Assembly: GCA_977020255.1 (NCBI GenBank)
Contig: CDROCS010002027.1
Coordinates: forward strand, 186,001 to 250,000
Reading direction: 5' to 3'
DNA: 64,000 nt
Source of the DNA: Obrimoposthia wandeli
Lineage: Eukaryota
Part shown: piece by piece, positions 21,442-31,708 of the stretch
Position numbering within the stretch: the stretch's first letter is position 1
Layout of the letters: the number at the start of each line of letters is the position of its first letter
Made by a program: the position numbers and the translations under genes
The notes under the pieces: generated by a model
Seen by the model: the letters and a program-made list of their open reading frames with translations, nothing else
Database searches by the model: none
What the model was told of the DNA's origin: nothing

Positions 21442-22335
21442 ATGGAAAATGTTGAATTTAAAAAAGGCGTTATTTACGCCTTAATTGCTTACAGTTTATG
21501 GGGTATTGCTCCGCTTTACTTTAAATTAATTTCGCAGGTTTCTGCCCCTGAAATTCTCATGCACCGCGTCATTTGGTCTTTTGCATTACTGTTTTTGCTT
21601 GTGATATTTACAGGACAGCTCAATGAAGTAAAACTTTTGTTAAAAAAAACAAAACATCTTTACGTTTTATTCTGTACTTCATTATTGGTGGGTACTAATT
21701 GGTTAATTTTCATTTGGGCAGTCAATAGCGATAGATTGCTTGAAGCAAGTCTAGGTTATTATATAAACCCATTGCTTAATGTTGCATTAGGGATGCTATT
21801 CCTCAAAGAAAGGCTGCCTAAATTACAACTATTTGCGGTGGGAATAGCAACCTTTGGGGTATTAATCCAGCTCATTGTGTACGGCTCAATCCCTTGGGTA
21901 TCATTACTCTTAGCTGGTAGTTTTGGCATATACGGTTTAATGAAGAAAAAGGTTAATTTAAAAGCGGTGACAGGCCTATTTGTGGAAACGGCATTCCTAT
22001 TACCTTTAGCACTTATTTATTGGTGGCAATTAGAGACTAATACAGCAAACTTTTCACTGAACTCTCTGTCATTAAACTTTACGCTAATTTGTGCAGGAAT
22101 CGTGACAACTCTACCTTTGTTAGCTTTTTCAGCATCAGCCACTAGAATCCCCTTCTACATGTTGGGCTTATTTCAATACATAGGCCCTAGCGCTATGTTT
22201 GTGATGGCGATAACTTTGTTTTCAGAGGAATTAGATCAAACGAAACTAACAACTTTCATCTTTATTTGGCTAGCCTTGATCATTTTTGTTTATGATTTGT
22301 GGCGCCAAGCCAGAAAGAGAAGAGAAGTGCAATAA
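21442..22335 (+). CDS. rarD: EamA family transporter RarD
   Basis: EILMHRVIWS, EASLGYYINPL, GLFQYIGPS. Confidence 0.93.
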   Translation: MENVEFKKGVIYALIAYSLWGIAPLYFKLISQVSAPEILMHRVIWSFALLFLLVIFTGQLNEVKLLLKKTKHLYVLFCTSLLVGTNWLIFIWAVNSDRLLEASLGYYINPLLNVALGMLFLKERLPKLQLFAVGIATFGVLIQLIVYGSIPWVSLLLAGSFGIYGLMKKKVNLKAVTGLFVETAFLLPLALIYWWQLETNTANFSLNSLSLNFTLICAGIVTTLPLLAFSASATRIPFYMLGLFQYIGPSAMFVMAITLFSEELDQTKLTTFIFIWLALIIFVYDLWRQARKRREVQ

Positions 22336-22345
22336 CAAGACAATC

Positions 22346-22390
22346 AAGCATGGTTTTATAGGAAATTTCTAAACCAATAAAATCATGCTT
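22346..22390. terminator. Hairpin between convergent rarD and the protease gene
   Basis: AAGCATGGTTTTAT...ATAAAATCATGCTT inverted repeat. Confidence 0.5.
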
Positions 22391-22420
22391 TATTGGATCA
22401 ATTTTTCGGCCACCGGCCGT

Positions 22421-23140
22421 CTATTTTAACAGCAAATTTAACGTGCTTATTTGTTCCTCTATTTTCAAGTAATATTCTTTATTCCAAATAATGTGCTGCG
22501 CTCTAAAATCGATTTTGTAATCTGTCGCAGCTAAAATATCCATGCCTAATAGCCCATCAATAATTGAAGAGCCAGAGTTTTCAATCACTAGTACTTTCTT
22601 GTTATCAATATTAACAGGGCCGAATGATAAGTTATCTAAAGACAATAGCCACGTTTTTATCAACCCACCACCCGCAACTTGCGCGTATGAGGATTTTGCA
22701 TATTTTTGATTAAAATTGGGCAGTTTTGCTAGATGTAATACCGTTGCAGAAGCACCTGTATCTAACAATAAATTCACAACTATTTTCTTACCTGCATGAA
22801 TTACGTTTACGGGTACAACTACTTTATTTTGATAAATATGTACTTTAGTTTTCAACTGCTTTTTTATACGCTGTAAAGCTGCTATGGCATTTCGAGCAGT
22901 CATTTTTCGTGCTAACTCTGCGTTAGCTGCATCGTAGGCTTGTTGCTCGCTATGGCTAATTTTAGGTTCGATTATGGCCTTTTTTTGTATTTGCTTTCTA
23001 TATTTTGCAGGTACTTGAAACAATCTATCCACATATATTTTTCTACCCGCATCATTCACGTAATGATATATTTCAGCTTGTGCTGAACTATATAAAACAA
23101 CCGCCAATAAGCTCAGCAAGATGCGCAGTATATATTTCAA
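22421..23140 (-). CDS. Secreted retropepsin-like aspartyl protease with DUF4124-like N-terminus
   Basis: Signal peptide, IYHYVNDAG, LLDTGAS, GLLGMD. Confidence 0.8.
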   Translation of the reverse strand: MKYILRILLSLLAVVLYSSAQAEIYHYVNDAGRKIYVDRLFQVPAKYRKQIQKKAIIEPKISHSEQQAYDAANAELARKMTARNAIAALQRIKKQLKTKVHIYQNKVVVPVNVIHAGKKIVVNLLLDTGASATVLHLAKLPNFNQKYAKSSYAQVAGGGLIKTWLLSLDNLSFGPVNIDNKKVLVIENSGSSIIDGLLGMDILAATDYKIDFRAQHIIWNKEYYLKIEEQISTLNLLLK

Positions 23141-23218
23141 ATAAAATCCTTTTTACCAACGGTCATTTAAATACAGGTTCAAGCCCTGCAAACGCTATAA
23201 AAACATACTGATAATATG

Positions 23219-23821
23219 CTATTTTTCTTGCAAGTGTCTAGTTATCAACTGATTGGCAATAAATAAAAATCGCTGCTCTGCTAGGTCTTTCGCTTCTAAT
23301 AAACTGAGCACACTGTGCCCAATGTATAAGCTATAAAACTCATAAGCAAACATCTGCACATCTGTGTTTTGAATAAAATCGCCACTAATAACACATCGCT
23401 TAATCAACGCTGATAAATAACTTAATAAACGCTGTTGCTGATCTTTCATAAAGGCTTTTATCGAACATTCATCACGATCTTTATATTCGAATACAGCTTT
23501 TATAAAGGGGCAGCTAGAAGTGTTTTCAAGATCTAAATGATTAACCCAATTGAGCCAATTGTGCTTTAAGTTATGCAGGTTTTCTAATGGTGCTTGAGTG
23601 TAAGATTTTTTAATCACCTTCTCAACAAACATCTCTTCAGTGTATTGTAAAATAGTAATCTGCATATCTTCTTTGTCAGAAAAATGTGCTATTACCCCAC
23701 TTCTCGACATTTGTGCCGTTTTAGCGATAGCGCCAATCGACACATTTAACAAGCCATAACTACTGGCAAATTCCATGCCTTTTTGTAAAATTTTATCGCG
23801 GGTTACTTTGCCTTTAGTCAT
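23219..23821 (-). CDS. TetR family regulator (ATG at 23821 overlaps the upstream stop)
   Basis: TRDKIL...GLLNVSIGAIA....MSRSGVIAHF.DKE. Confidence 0.9.
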   Translation of the reverse strand: MTKGKVTRDKILQKGMEFASSYGLLNVSIGAIAKTAQMSRSGVIAHFSDKEDMQITILQYTEEMFVEKVIKKSYTQAPLENLHNLKHNWLNWVNHLDLENTSSCPFIKAVFEYKDRDECSIKAFMKDQQQRLLSYLSALIKRCVISGDFIQNTDVQMFAYEFYSLYIGHSVLSLLEAKDLAEQRFLFIANQLITRHLQEK

Positions 23822-24710
23822 TTGTGGCAGCACCTTGTAATGCATAATTTGCAACTTTCGCCATTAGCTCTGGATCTTTTAGTAATTTAATATGCCCTAA
23901 ATTATGGGTAGTAAATAATTCATGCGGTACTAATGATACTAAGCTTTTAGTCAGTGAATAAGGGCAAATTAAATCCGTTGTATCATGAATGATCAATACG
24001 CCATCATCAATATTCGCGATTCTTTTAGCAGGCGATAAATCTTGCCAACTCAGTTGATGCTTAGCCGAAACATGCTCTAGTAAGTTCATTAACATTGATT
24101 TAGCAATCCCGACACTCGCCACTGCGTTTTGCATGTTTTCAAAAAATAAAGCAGGTGCTGATATCAAAATGAGCTGCTTATTTAAGCGCTCTTTCTTATC
24201 AACATTTATTAACCCTAGAGCACCCATCGAATGCCCAACAAGTGCAATAGGCGATGCTTGTATGCTCTCTAAATATTGTAAGGCTTTAGTGGTACCTTCC
24301 TTAAAACAATATAAATCAGAATAACTGCCTTTTGATTGCCCATGTCCCACTTGATCTAATGACCATACTGTAAAATGTTCAGTTAATAGATAATCTATTA
24401 ACTGTGTAAAACGGGTACTACTATCACCCCAGCCATGACATAAAAATATGTTTTTTTGAGGATCTGATACGCTTATCGAAAACTTGTGTAAACAGACATC
24501 TCCCACATTGGTACTTACCATTGTTGTCACTGGCGCTACTTGAGTACGCATTTGATAAGTACGACGACTAAAAGGATTACCGAGTAATTTATTCGCAAGC
24601 TTCACACTCAGAAAAGGGCTACAAACAGTTAAAAAGTGCGTCAACTGGTGGATAACTTTTTTTCTAATATTAGGCTTGCTAACGACAGGTTCAAAGTAAA
24701 TATCTTTCAT
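23814..24710 (-). CDS. Alpha/beta hydrolase
   Basis: HGWG, GHGQS, GHSMG, HD..D, GH.K catalytic pattern. Confidence 0.88.
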   Translation of the reverse strand: MKDIYFEPVVSKPNIRKKVIHQLTHFLTVCSPFLSVKLANKLLGNPFSRRTYQMRTQVAPVTTMVSTNVGDVCLHKFSISVSDPQKNIFLCHGWGDSSTRFTQLIDYLLTEHFTVWSLDQVGHGQSKGSYSDLYCFKEGTTKALQYLESIQASPIALVGHSMGALGLINVDKKERLNKQLILISAPALFFENMQNAVASVGIAKSMLMNLLEHVSAKHQLSWQDLSPAKRIANIDDGVLIIHDTTDLICPYSLTKSLVSLVPHELFTTHNLGHIKLLKDPELMAKVANYALQGAATND

Positions 24711-24742
24711 AGCTCATCCAAAAAATCAATCCAATTAATAAA

Positions 24743-24791
24743 AATAGTACAAGCCAACTATTATACTCATTAAAAGTACAACTGTACTATT
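24743..24791. promoter_or_regulatory. Two tandem 20-bp palindromic operators (probably for the adjacent TetR)
   Basis: AATAGTACAAGCCAACTATT (24743-24762) and AAAAGTACAACTGTACTATT (24772-24791) upstream of the hydrolase-TetR pair. Confidence 0.6.
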
Positions 24792-24912
24792 AATTTATTA
24801 AATTACTTATTATGAAAGAGCTATATCTCTTTTATTGCTCAAGAAAATGCCCTTGCTTGGACTCTTCTTCATCGGCTAAAACAGGGGGCTACACAAAGGA
24901 ATTTAACTGATG

Positions 24913-25272
24913 CTAGTCGTCTCTAGTCAACACTTCTAAAAGTTCGATTTCAAATATTAAATCAGAATTAGCAGGAATCTTGTCCCCCATCTTACGCTCG
25001 GCGTAAGCAAGCTTAGCAGGCACTAACAATTTACGCTTACCCCCTACTTTCATCCCAAGGATCCCTTGATCCCAACCTTTAATTACCCGCCCTGTGCCAA
25101 TTACGCATTGAAATGCCTTACCTTTATTGATACTTGAGTCAAACAAAGTACCGTCTGTTAAAAAACCACTATATTGCGTGGTTATCAATGCACCTTTTAC
25201 TGCTGTTTTTCCTTCACCTATCTGCAAATCTATAATTTCTAAATCTGCTATTACTAAATTAGTCATATGCAA
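24913..25272 (-). CDS. FKBP-type peptidyl-prolyl isomerase
   Basis: FDSS, GRVIKGWDQG, GGKRKL, IPANSDLIFEIEL. Confidence 0.95.
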   Translation of the reverse strand: MHMTNLVIADLEIIDLQIGEGKTAVKGALITTQYSGFLTDGTLFDSSINKGKAFQCVIGTGRVIKGWDQGILGMKVGGKRKLLVPAKLAYAERKMGDKIPANSDLIFEIELLEVLTRDD

Positions 25273-25337
25273 GCTGAACCTTATTTTTATCTTGATTAGT
25301 TATCTGAATAAAGCACAGAGGAATGCTGCGTTAAATG

Positions 25338-25374
25338 AAAAAAAGGCAGCTATTGTTAATCAATAGCTGCCTTT
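25338..25374 (-). terminator. Intrinsic terminator after the aldolase gene
   Basis: 14-bp stem AAAGGCAGCTATTG/CAATAGCTGCCTTT with a T-run on the minus strand. Confidence 0.75.
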
Positions 25375-25463
25375 AATAGCGTGAGATTTAGCTGTTTAAT
25401 ATTACGGTTAATAGCAAAATTTAATAGCTAGTCCTAACCACGCATTATGTCATTCTTATCGCT

Positions 25464-26369
25464 TTAACTTTTCGAAGCTTGGAAAATAGCTTCAATAGAT
25501 TGATCCATAGTACTATCAAATTCACTTTGTGTTTGACCTGCAAACAAACCTTCAGACAACGCACGTGAAAAACTCGCTATCATGCCATTGTTTGATGATA
25601 AGCGTTTATTAGCTTCTTCTCTGTTGTAACCCCCTGATAATGCAACAACTCTAACAACTTGGCGGTGCGCAATACAGGTGGCATATAAATTAGTTGTTTC
25701 AGGTAACGTCAGCTTTAACATCACTTGCTGATCATCGTTTAAATCATCTAATGCATTTAATAAAGCTTTGTTTAGCATCTCTTCAGCGGCAGATTTCTCG
25801 GCACAGTGAATATCAACTTCAGGCTCAATAATTGGCATAAGCCCGGCTGCCAATATTTGTTTTGCTACGGCAAACTGTTGTGCTACCACAGCTTCAATTC
25901 CCGCCTGATTCGCTAACTTAATCACCGAGCGCATTTTTGTACCAAAGATGCCGTTTACTTTTGCTTTCGCTAATAGCGCATCTAAATCTGGCATTGATTT
26001 CATCAGTTGTACGCCAGATGCTTCATCTAGCAAACCTTTATCAACTTTCAAAAATGGCACTACTTTTTTATTTTCCCATAAAAAGTCAGCGCTGCTTTTA
26101 CCTTCTACTTGGCGGTCCATAGTGTTTTCAAACAAAATGGCACCGATGACACGTTCTCCGGTGAAGCTAGCGCTGGTCATAATACGTGTGCGCATTTGAT
26201 GTACTACTTGATACATGCCTTCATCATTATCCCATGCATCCTCTTCAACACCGTATAGCTTTAAAGCTTTTGGAGTACTGCCGCCACTTTGATCTAAAGC
26301 GGCAATAAAACCATCTGCTGATTTTATTTTTTCTAACTGGTCGCTGTAATTATTCACTATATATCTCAC
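25464..26369 (-). CDS. fda: Class I fructose-bisphosphate aldolase
   Basis: GFIAALDQSGGSTPKAL, GTKMRSVI, PIIEPEV, VMLKLTLP, VVALSGGY. Confidence 0.95.
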   Translation of the reverse strand: MRYIVNNYSDQLEKIKSADGFIAALDQSGGSTPKALKLYGVEEDAWDNDEGMYQVVHQMRTRIMTSASFTGERVIGAILFENTMDRQVEGKSSADFLWENKKVVPFLKVDKGLLDEASGVQLMKSMPDLDALLAKAKVNGIFGTKMRSVIKLANQAGIEAVVAQQFAVAKQILAAGLMPIIEPEVDIHCAEKSAAEEMLNKALLNALDDLNDDQQVMLKLTLPETTNLYATCIAHRQVVRVVALSGGYNREEANKRLSSNNGMIASFSRALSEGLFAGQTQSEFDSTMDQSIEAIFQASKS

Positions 26370-26669
26370 TGATTAGAGGTAGAAAAAGCAATATTCAATT
26401 TTGTAAAAAGTCTAACTAACTGATTGAGTTTTATTTAACCTAAGTATCACTACTAAATCTAAGTTAAAGATGCTAATTATGCCAGAGATTATTGACTTTA
26501 TAAATATCTGTCACGATCTAAATCAACCTCTTTAAAACTCAATCTATAATAAACGACAATCCTTGCTTAAAAGCTTATCTCTATATTTTTTAAGTAATCT
26601 GCGACTGAGTTATCTATTACGCTTTATAATTTTTATTACTTTTTTTCAATGCTCTAAGCATGCTAACGA

Positions 26670-27986
26670 TCAACCAACTTCAAGTAAATAAGCTTCAAAT
26701 AAGAATAAAACGCTAATTACCACGCAAGACATAATGCATACATATTTAAAATTCCATCTTAAAATTGTATTACTTTTAATGCCATACATGCTTTGGATAG
26801 AAATATTCATGCCTGATAGTGGACCAACAGCAGAGCCTAAAGACCAGCCACATAAAATAACCACCGCTAATAAACTAGGATCTGGATTTAAAGATATTAC
26901 CAAGGGCGCCATTATCGAGATCCCGATCAGCATATGAAAGCCCAATAGTGAAAGCAGCATAATAATTAAGAAACAAATACTTGCCGTTAAAGCATCAAAC
27001 TGTTGGAAAACCGCGTGTAACTGTAAAGCATTAACGATATTTTTCAGCCCAAAGCCAAATATTCCAGCCGATAAAAAAAGCACTATTTCATTATGCATAC
27101 CGCTTAGTTTCTTTTCGATATGCTCTTTTATCACTACATGGGGTTTAGCCCTGCTACACAACACCAAAATACTTAAAAGTGGTGCGCTCATGGTAATGAT
27201 TACGAGTATCGATAACTGCTCAAATAGTGCGTGCACGCAAAAAACGATGATCGCTAAAAGTGAGGGTAACCACAAGCTTGCGAGTCTTAAAGGGTATCCA
27301 TGAAAAACACTTTTATCCACCATTGAACGCACTTCAAAATAAGTAATTAACAAACTCAGTAAGCTCAAACTTATACCGATCGTCATCACATAAAATAGAT
27401 TTGCTTGTGGTGTATAACTTATAGCCACAGCCATCGCTGCAAAAAACGGTGACCAAAAAGCAGCCGTTGAAAACCCCCGCGTTAGCAGAACAACTTGTGC
27501 ACGCGTTAGCAATCTATTGGCACTCATGCGATCTGCGTGAATGAACAAAGAGGAGATATTTATGACGGAGCCAAATAAATGCACGCTCAAAAAAGTACTA
27601 ATGATAGAGCGCTTACCTTGCGGCAATCGTTCTTCTTGCGTTAGTTTAGGTCGGCTAATTACGGTGAGAAAACTAACAGCGCCAATCATGGAAATAATGG
27701 TTAAATTACTATTTAACAATCCTGATATATCTAAATTGGGCTGCAAAAAATGCGCTATAAGAGTTAAGCTAAAACCAAGCGCTGCCAACGCAATTGTTTG
27801 AATTTGATTACGCTTACTAATTTGTAGTCTATTTCTAAAGGCTGCAAACCAATAAAATGCTGCTGATACAAACAGAATACTAGGATAAAAGAAACCTATT
27901 ACGCTGATTATAATTGCCGTAAAAACAAAATACCCAACATTCAACGCTTTATATTGCTGTAGATAATTACGTTTAATTAGATCCAC
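26670..27986 (-). CDS. Multi-pass membrane protein, probable ion-transporter-superfamily permease
   Basis: About 12 hydrophobic segments; RGFSTAAFWSPFFAAM motif. Confidence 0.6.
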   Translation of the reverse strand: MDLIKRNYLQQYKALNVGYFVFTAIIISVIGFFYPSILFVSAAFYWFAAFRNRLQISKRNQIQTIALAALGFSLTLIAHFLQPNLDISGLLNSNLTIISMIGAVSFLTVISRPKLTQEERLPQGKRSIISTFLSVHLFGSVINISSLFIHADRMSANRLLTRAQVVLLTRGFSTAAFWSPFFAAMAVAISYTPQANLFYVMTIGISLSLLSLLITYFEVRSMVDKSVFHGYPLRLASLWLPSLLAIIVFCVHALFEQLSILVIITMSAPLLSILVLCSRAKPHVVIKEHIEKKLSGMHNEIVLFLSAGIFGFGLKNIVNALQLHAVFQQFDALTASICFLIIMLLSLLGFHMLIGISIMAPLVISLNPDPSLLAVVILCGWSLGSAVGPLSGMNISIQSMYGIKSNTILRWNFKYVCIMSCVVISVLFLFEAYLLEVG

Positions 27987-28302
27987 CTTCTATACTGTGC
28001 TCGCCAAGAAAGCTGCACTATAGTTAGGTAATTAACAGAAATCCACATTTCATTTACCTTAAAAAGCTAGCAGCACTGAGCATAAAAAATAGTGATAACT
28101 ATGCAGTTATCTTCTAGTAAATGCATTAAATTACACGATTTTTTACTTAAAAGATGTTTGGAACACGTTAGCTAGCTTAATAGTTTTAAGCAACTAACTT
28201 GGTGTTAAGCCATAAATAATGCTAGTGAGACGCATTCGCGGGTTAGCGGTAAATCAGTGTAAAAAACACCATGAATAGAAGGCATACTTTGCAACAACTA
28301 AA

Positions 28303-28320
28303 GCCTAGTGATCACTAGGC
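28303..28320 (-). terminator. Perfect palindrome downstream of the SnoaL/NTF2 gene
   Basis: GCCTAGTGATCACTAGGC followed by TTT on the minus strand. Confidence 0.55.
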
Positions 28321-28366
28321 ATTATAATGATAATTATATTCAGCTTTTAACTTTTTGCCTGATTAC

Positions 28367-28744
28367 TTAACTTTGTGCTTCAAAAGCATCTTCACGTAAT
28401 TTCGCTGCGCCATCTTCTTGTAAAACCCAAAGTTCACGCGTGATAACCCCCGCAGCTTTATTCATTTTCCACTTAGAAGTTAGTAAAGCGCTCTTTTCAT
28501 CAAGTACTTCAATGTTAGGTTCAACATATTCAACATCACTGTAGCCACCATCAATCAATTGCTGCCAAAAAGCAGTTATTTCAGTAGTGCCGGTAAAAGT
28601 ACCAAATGGCTTTGCTTGCATAACCGCATTCTCTTCATATTGCGCAGCGCACTGTGCGGCGTTACCTGAATTAAAACCCTCTTTCCAAAGGTTGCTTGCT
28701 TTGTCTACTGCTGCTAATACAATTTCACGCTGTTGCTGTTTCAT
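28367..28744 (-). CDS. NTF2/SnoaL-like (DUF4440-type) protein
   Basis: WKEGFNSGNA..CAAQY...A.M...PFGTF.G...I..FW; divergent from a LysR gene. Confidence 0.75.
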   Translation of the reverse strand: MKQQQREIVLAAVDKASNLWKEGFNSGNAAQCAAQYEENAVMQAKPFGTFTGTTEITAFWQQLIDGGYSDVEYVEPNIEVLDEKSALLTSKWKMNKAAGVITRELWVLQEDGAAKLREDAFEAQS

Positions 28745-28779
28745 ACATTTCTCCTAAAGTGTGTGTATTTGATTAAGTA

Positions 28780-28938
28780 GTGTCCATCCAGAAACGGATG
28801 TCTACTGCGAACGCCTCACTGACACAATCTACTCACTACTAGATATAGTTGTTTGGAACAACCAAACGCCCATATCTAGTAGTACATATCTTGAATCATT
28901 GAGTCGCTCTCGCGACGACCCCGTTTCAGGATGAACAC
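28780..28938 (+). mobile_element. MITE family A, copy 1 (159 bp, 18-bp imperfect TIR, TSD TAAGTA)
   Basis: GTGTCCATCCAGAAACGG...CCGTTTCAGGATGAACAC; TAAGTA at 28774-28779 and 28939-28944. Confidence 0.9.
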
Positions 28939-28994
28939 TAAGTAAATTATAAAGCGTAAACAAACACAATAAAACGAACATAAACATGACACTT

Positions 28995-29013
28995 TGTTCT
29001 ATAATACCGAACA
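28995..29013. promoter_or_regulatory. LysR T-N11-A recognition box
   Basis: TGTTC-tataatacc-GAACA immediately upstream of the LysR start. Confidence 0.55.
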
Positions 29014-29015
29014 TT

Positions 29016-29942
29016 ATGATGAAATATTTACGCCACATGATGGTCTTTAACGCGATAGTAGAATCAGGTTCAATCAGTGCGGCAGCTGAGCAATTGAATA
29101 TTTCTAAATCGGTGTTAAGCCAACAACTACAAACCCTAGAGCAAGTATTGAACGTTGAGCTGCTTAAACGCACTACAAGACGTCAAGTACTCACGCCTGC
29201 GGGGAAACAGTTTTTTGCCCAGTGCCAACAAATTTCCAATATTGGCGAGCAAGCATGGCGCGATGCCCATAACTCTCAAAAATTGGCGATTGGCCGTATA
29301 AACATTAGTGCACCTCACGCCTTAATGGATACTTTAATTGCTCCTGCTATTGGTGCTTTAGTTAGTAAACACCCTAAAATCATTCCACACTTGCATTCGC
29401 AAGACACCCGCGTGCATTTATTAGAAGAGAATATCGATCTTGCCATTCGTATCGGGCAATCAAATGATAGTGAATTCAAACAACAGCGCATTGGTCAGTT
29501 TGCTGATCATTTATGCGTCAGTAAACGTTATTTAAACATTCAAGGCTTGACGGCCCAGCAAGTTCAGCATAACCCCGAACTTACTTGTTCACTTGATTAT
29601 ATTGCTAACAGTTGGCAAGGCAGCGCTATAACACACCCCTTAATCAATAACATTGAAAAGAAGGTTTTGCAGTTTCGCTCAACACGTTTTGCCAACTCTA
29701 TTAATGGTGTACTGGCGCTGGTTAAAGAAGGTGCTGGAATAGGGCTAATTCCACAGATATTACTCGATAAATTATCACTTCAATATCTAGATGACTTGGT
29801 TATTATTACCCAACATTACCCATTAAATACTACGCCTATTTACGCACTACATGCCTTTAGCCAAGCACCGCCACATGTGGTTCAACTGTGCATAAACGCA
29901 ATTAAAAGCAAAATGGCGGCACACTTTGAAAGCGCAATTTAA
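29016..29942 (+). CDS. LysR family regulator (start 29016 or 29019)
   Basis: SISAAAEQLNISKSVLSQQLQTLE..L...LL.RTTR, IDLAIRIG. Confidence 0.92.
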   Translation: MMKYLRHMMVFNAIVESGSISAAAEQLNISKSVLSQQLQTLEQVLNVELLKRTTRRQVLTPAGKQFFAQCQQISNIGEQAWRDAHNSQKLAIGRINISAPHALMDTLIAPAIGALVSKHPKIIPHLHSQDTRVHLLEENIDLAIRIGQSNDSEFKQQRIGQFADHLCVSKRYLNIQGLTAQQVQHNPELTCSLDYIANSWQGSAITHPLINNIEKKVLQFRSTRFANSINGVLALVKEGAGIGLIPQILLDKLSLQYLDDLVIITQHYPLNTTPIYALHAFSQAPPHVVQLCINAIKSKMAAHFESAI

Positions 29943-30385
29943 TGGGCTCATAACATTTAGCGATGCTTCACCTGTACATGAAATATGTTTCAAACGCTCA
30001 AATACTCACCTCTCATAAAAACATCACATTTTCTGAGCAAGGCTGTTTGCTAACACGCTGGTCAAAATAACTGTGTAGTGCTTAAGGGGTTTATTTAACA
30101 TGCATTCCAGATCATTTAAAAACCAATACAATCAATTGATTAGTGACATAACAATTGGAATAAATAATTGATCTATAGCATTCACATTGCACAAAGTCTT
30201 CAGCAGCTAGTGTCTTTAAATTGTTGAATATTTTGTAATCAATTGAATTTTAAATGCTAACTGAGGTATAACTAGAGCAAGCTATGTTAACTTGTTGCTT
30301 ATGCAACATAGAAAGTAGCACATCGAAGCGTTTATTGTATGCACGCTTGATTTAAAATAACTATAAAAATGATAAGAGGTCAACA

Positions 30386-31372
30386 ATGAAAATAATTAGT
30401 AAAGTGGCGCTAACTGGCTTAATTTTGGCAACCACCTATGGTGTTAGTTTTGCGGCCGATATGAAAAAAATAGCTATTTCAACAATTGTTGAAGTTCCCT
30501 CTTTGATGGATGCTAAGCAAGGCGTTTTAAATGCACTCGCTGAGCGCGGCTATGTGGTGGGTAAAAACTTAGAAGTTGAATACCAAAGCGCGAATGGCAG
30601 CATGCCTACCCAGCAACAAATCGCTAGAAAACTGATTGGTGGTGAACCTGATGTTATCGTGCCAATCACCACACCCACTGCTCAATCAATTGTCGCGGCA
30701 ACTAAAAACATTCCGATTGTGTTTACCGCTGTCACTGATCCCATAAAAGCTAAATTGATTAAGCAGTATAAGCAACCTGGCGCCAATGTAACTGGCGTTT
30801 CAGATGCTGCTCCAATCGGCGCTCAGCTCGATTTTTATAAGCGCATTGTGCCTAATCTCAAAAAAATTGGCTTCATCTACAACCCTGGCTTAGATAATGC
30901 TTTAGCCGCTTTAGCTATTATCAAAGAAGAAGGAAAAAAACGCGGTATTAGTGTGGTTGAATCAGCAGCACCCACCACAAACGAAGTAATATTGGCCACC
31001 AAAAAGTTAATCGGCAAGGTCGATGCAGTTTACATTCCTAACGATACTACCGTGGTCGCGGCGCTTGAGGCGATTGTTAAAATTGGCCAAGATGTGGATA
31101 TGCCAATCTTTGCAGGTGATACCGGCGCAGTTAAACGCGGTGTATTAGCAGCTGTCGGTTTAGACTACAACGAAGTAGGCAGAGTAACAGGGGCGATTGT
31201 TGCCGATATATTAGATGGTAAAGATCCCGGAACTATCGATGCTGTGGTAGCTTACGAAGCAGTGTCTAAATTTAAAATTATGGTAAATTTAGAATCGGCT
31301 AAAAATATGGATGTTATTATTCCTGCTGATGTTTTAAAAGAAGCTAACAAAATTATTCCTGTCAAAAAGTAG
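30386..31372 (+). CDS. ABC substrate-binding protein (ABC_sub_bind, Trp/Tyr-type family)
   Basis: Signal peptide, IVEVPSL, TPTAQ, IPIVFTAVTDP, NVTGVSD. Confidence 0.88.
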   Translation: MKIISKVALTGLILATTYGVSFAADMKKIAISTIVEVPSLMDAKQGVLNALAERGYVVGKNLEVEYQSANGSMPTQQQIARKLIGGEPDVIVPITTPTAQSIVAATKNIPIVFTAVTDPIKAKLIKQYKQPGANVTGVSDAAPIGAQLDFYKRIVPNLKKIGFIYNPGLDNALAALAIIKEEGKKRGISVVESAAPTTNEVILATKKLIGKVDAVYIPNDTTVVAALEAIVKIGQDVDMPIFAGDTGAVKRGVLAAVGLDYNEVGRVTGAIVADILDGKDPGTIDAVVAYEAVSKFKIMVNLESAKNMDVIIPADVLKEANKIIPVKK

Positions 31373-31459
31373 CTTTTCAAAGGTATCTTGGCTCGCTTTA
31401 CGACCATCGACCTCTCTCAGTTCAGCACTTAGCAGATAACATGATTAGTTATTTGCTAA

Positions 31460-31613
31460 CATTACTGTCCGGTTAAAAAGTGTAAGCTCTCTAACTCGTT
31501 AATTTATGGCTTTCTAGCATAGTTAATTGGATTTTTTTCAGCCGAATAACACTCGTGGTTAACGTAAAATCAATGAGTTAAAGAACAACAAAAAATTAAA
31601 CCTGACACTAATA
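31460..31613. mobile_element. MITE family B, copy 2 (154 bp, TSD ATTTGCTAA), inverted relative to copy 1
   Basis: CATTACTGTCCGGTTAA...TTAAACCTGACACTAATA; ATTTGCTAA at 31451-31459 and 31614-31622. Confidence 0.85.
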
Positions 31614-31708
31614 ATTTGCTAAGTACTACTGCTGAGTTTGGTAATCATTACTGATTATTCCCTCTAGTTTTATCATTTATGCATATGCCATTAACATAAA
31701 GGAAAGCT

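Noticed and set aside
28829-29173. ORF-track ORFs 28829-29173, 38071-38283 and 38343-38570 sharing VHPETG...SRYVLLD text
   Set aside because: They are translations through MITE family A copies or antisense to LysR, not genes.
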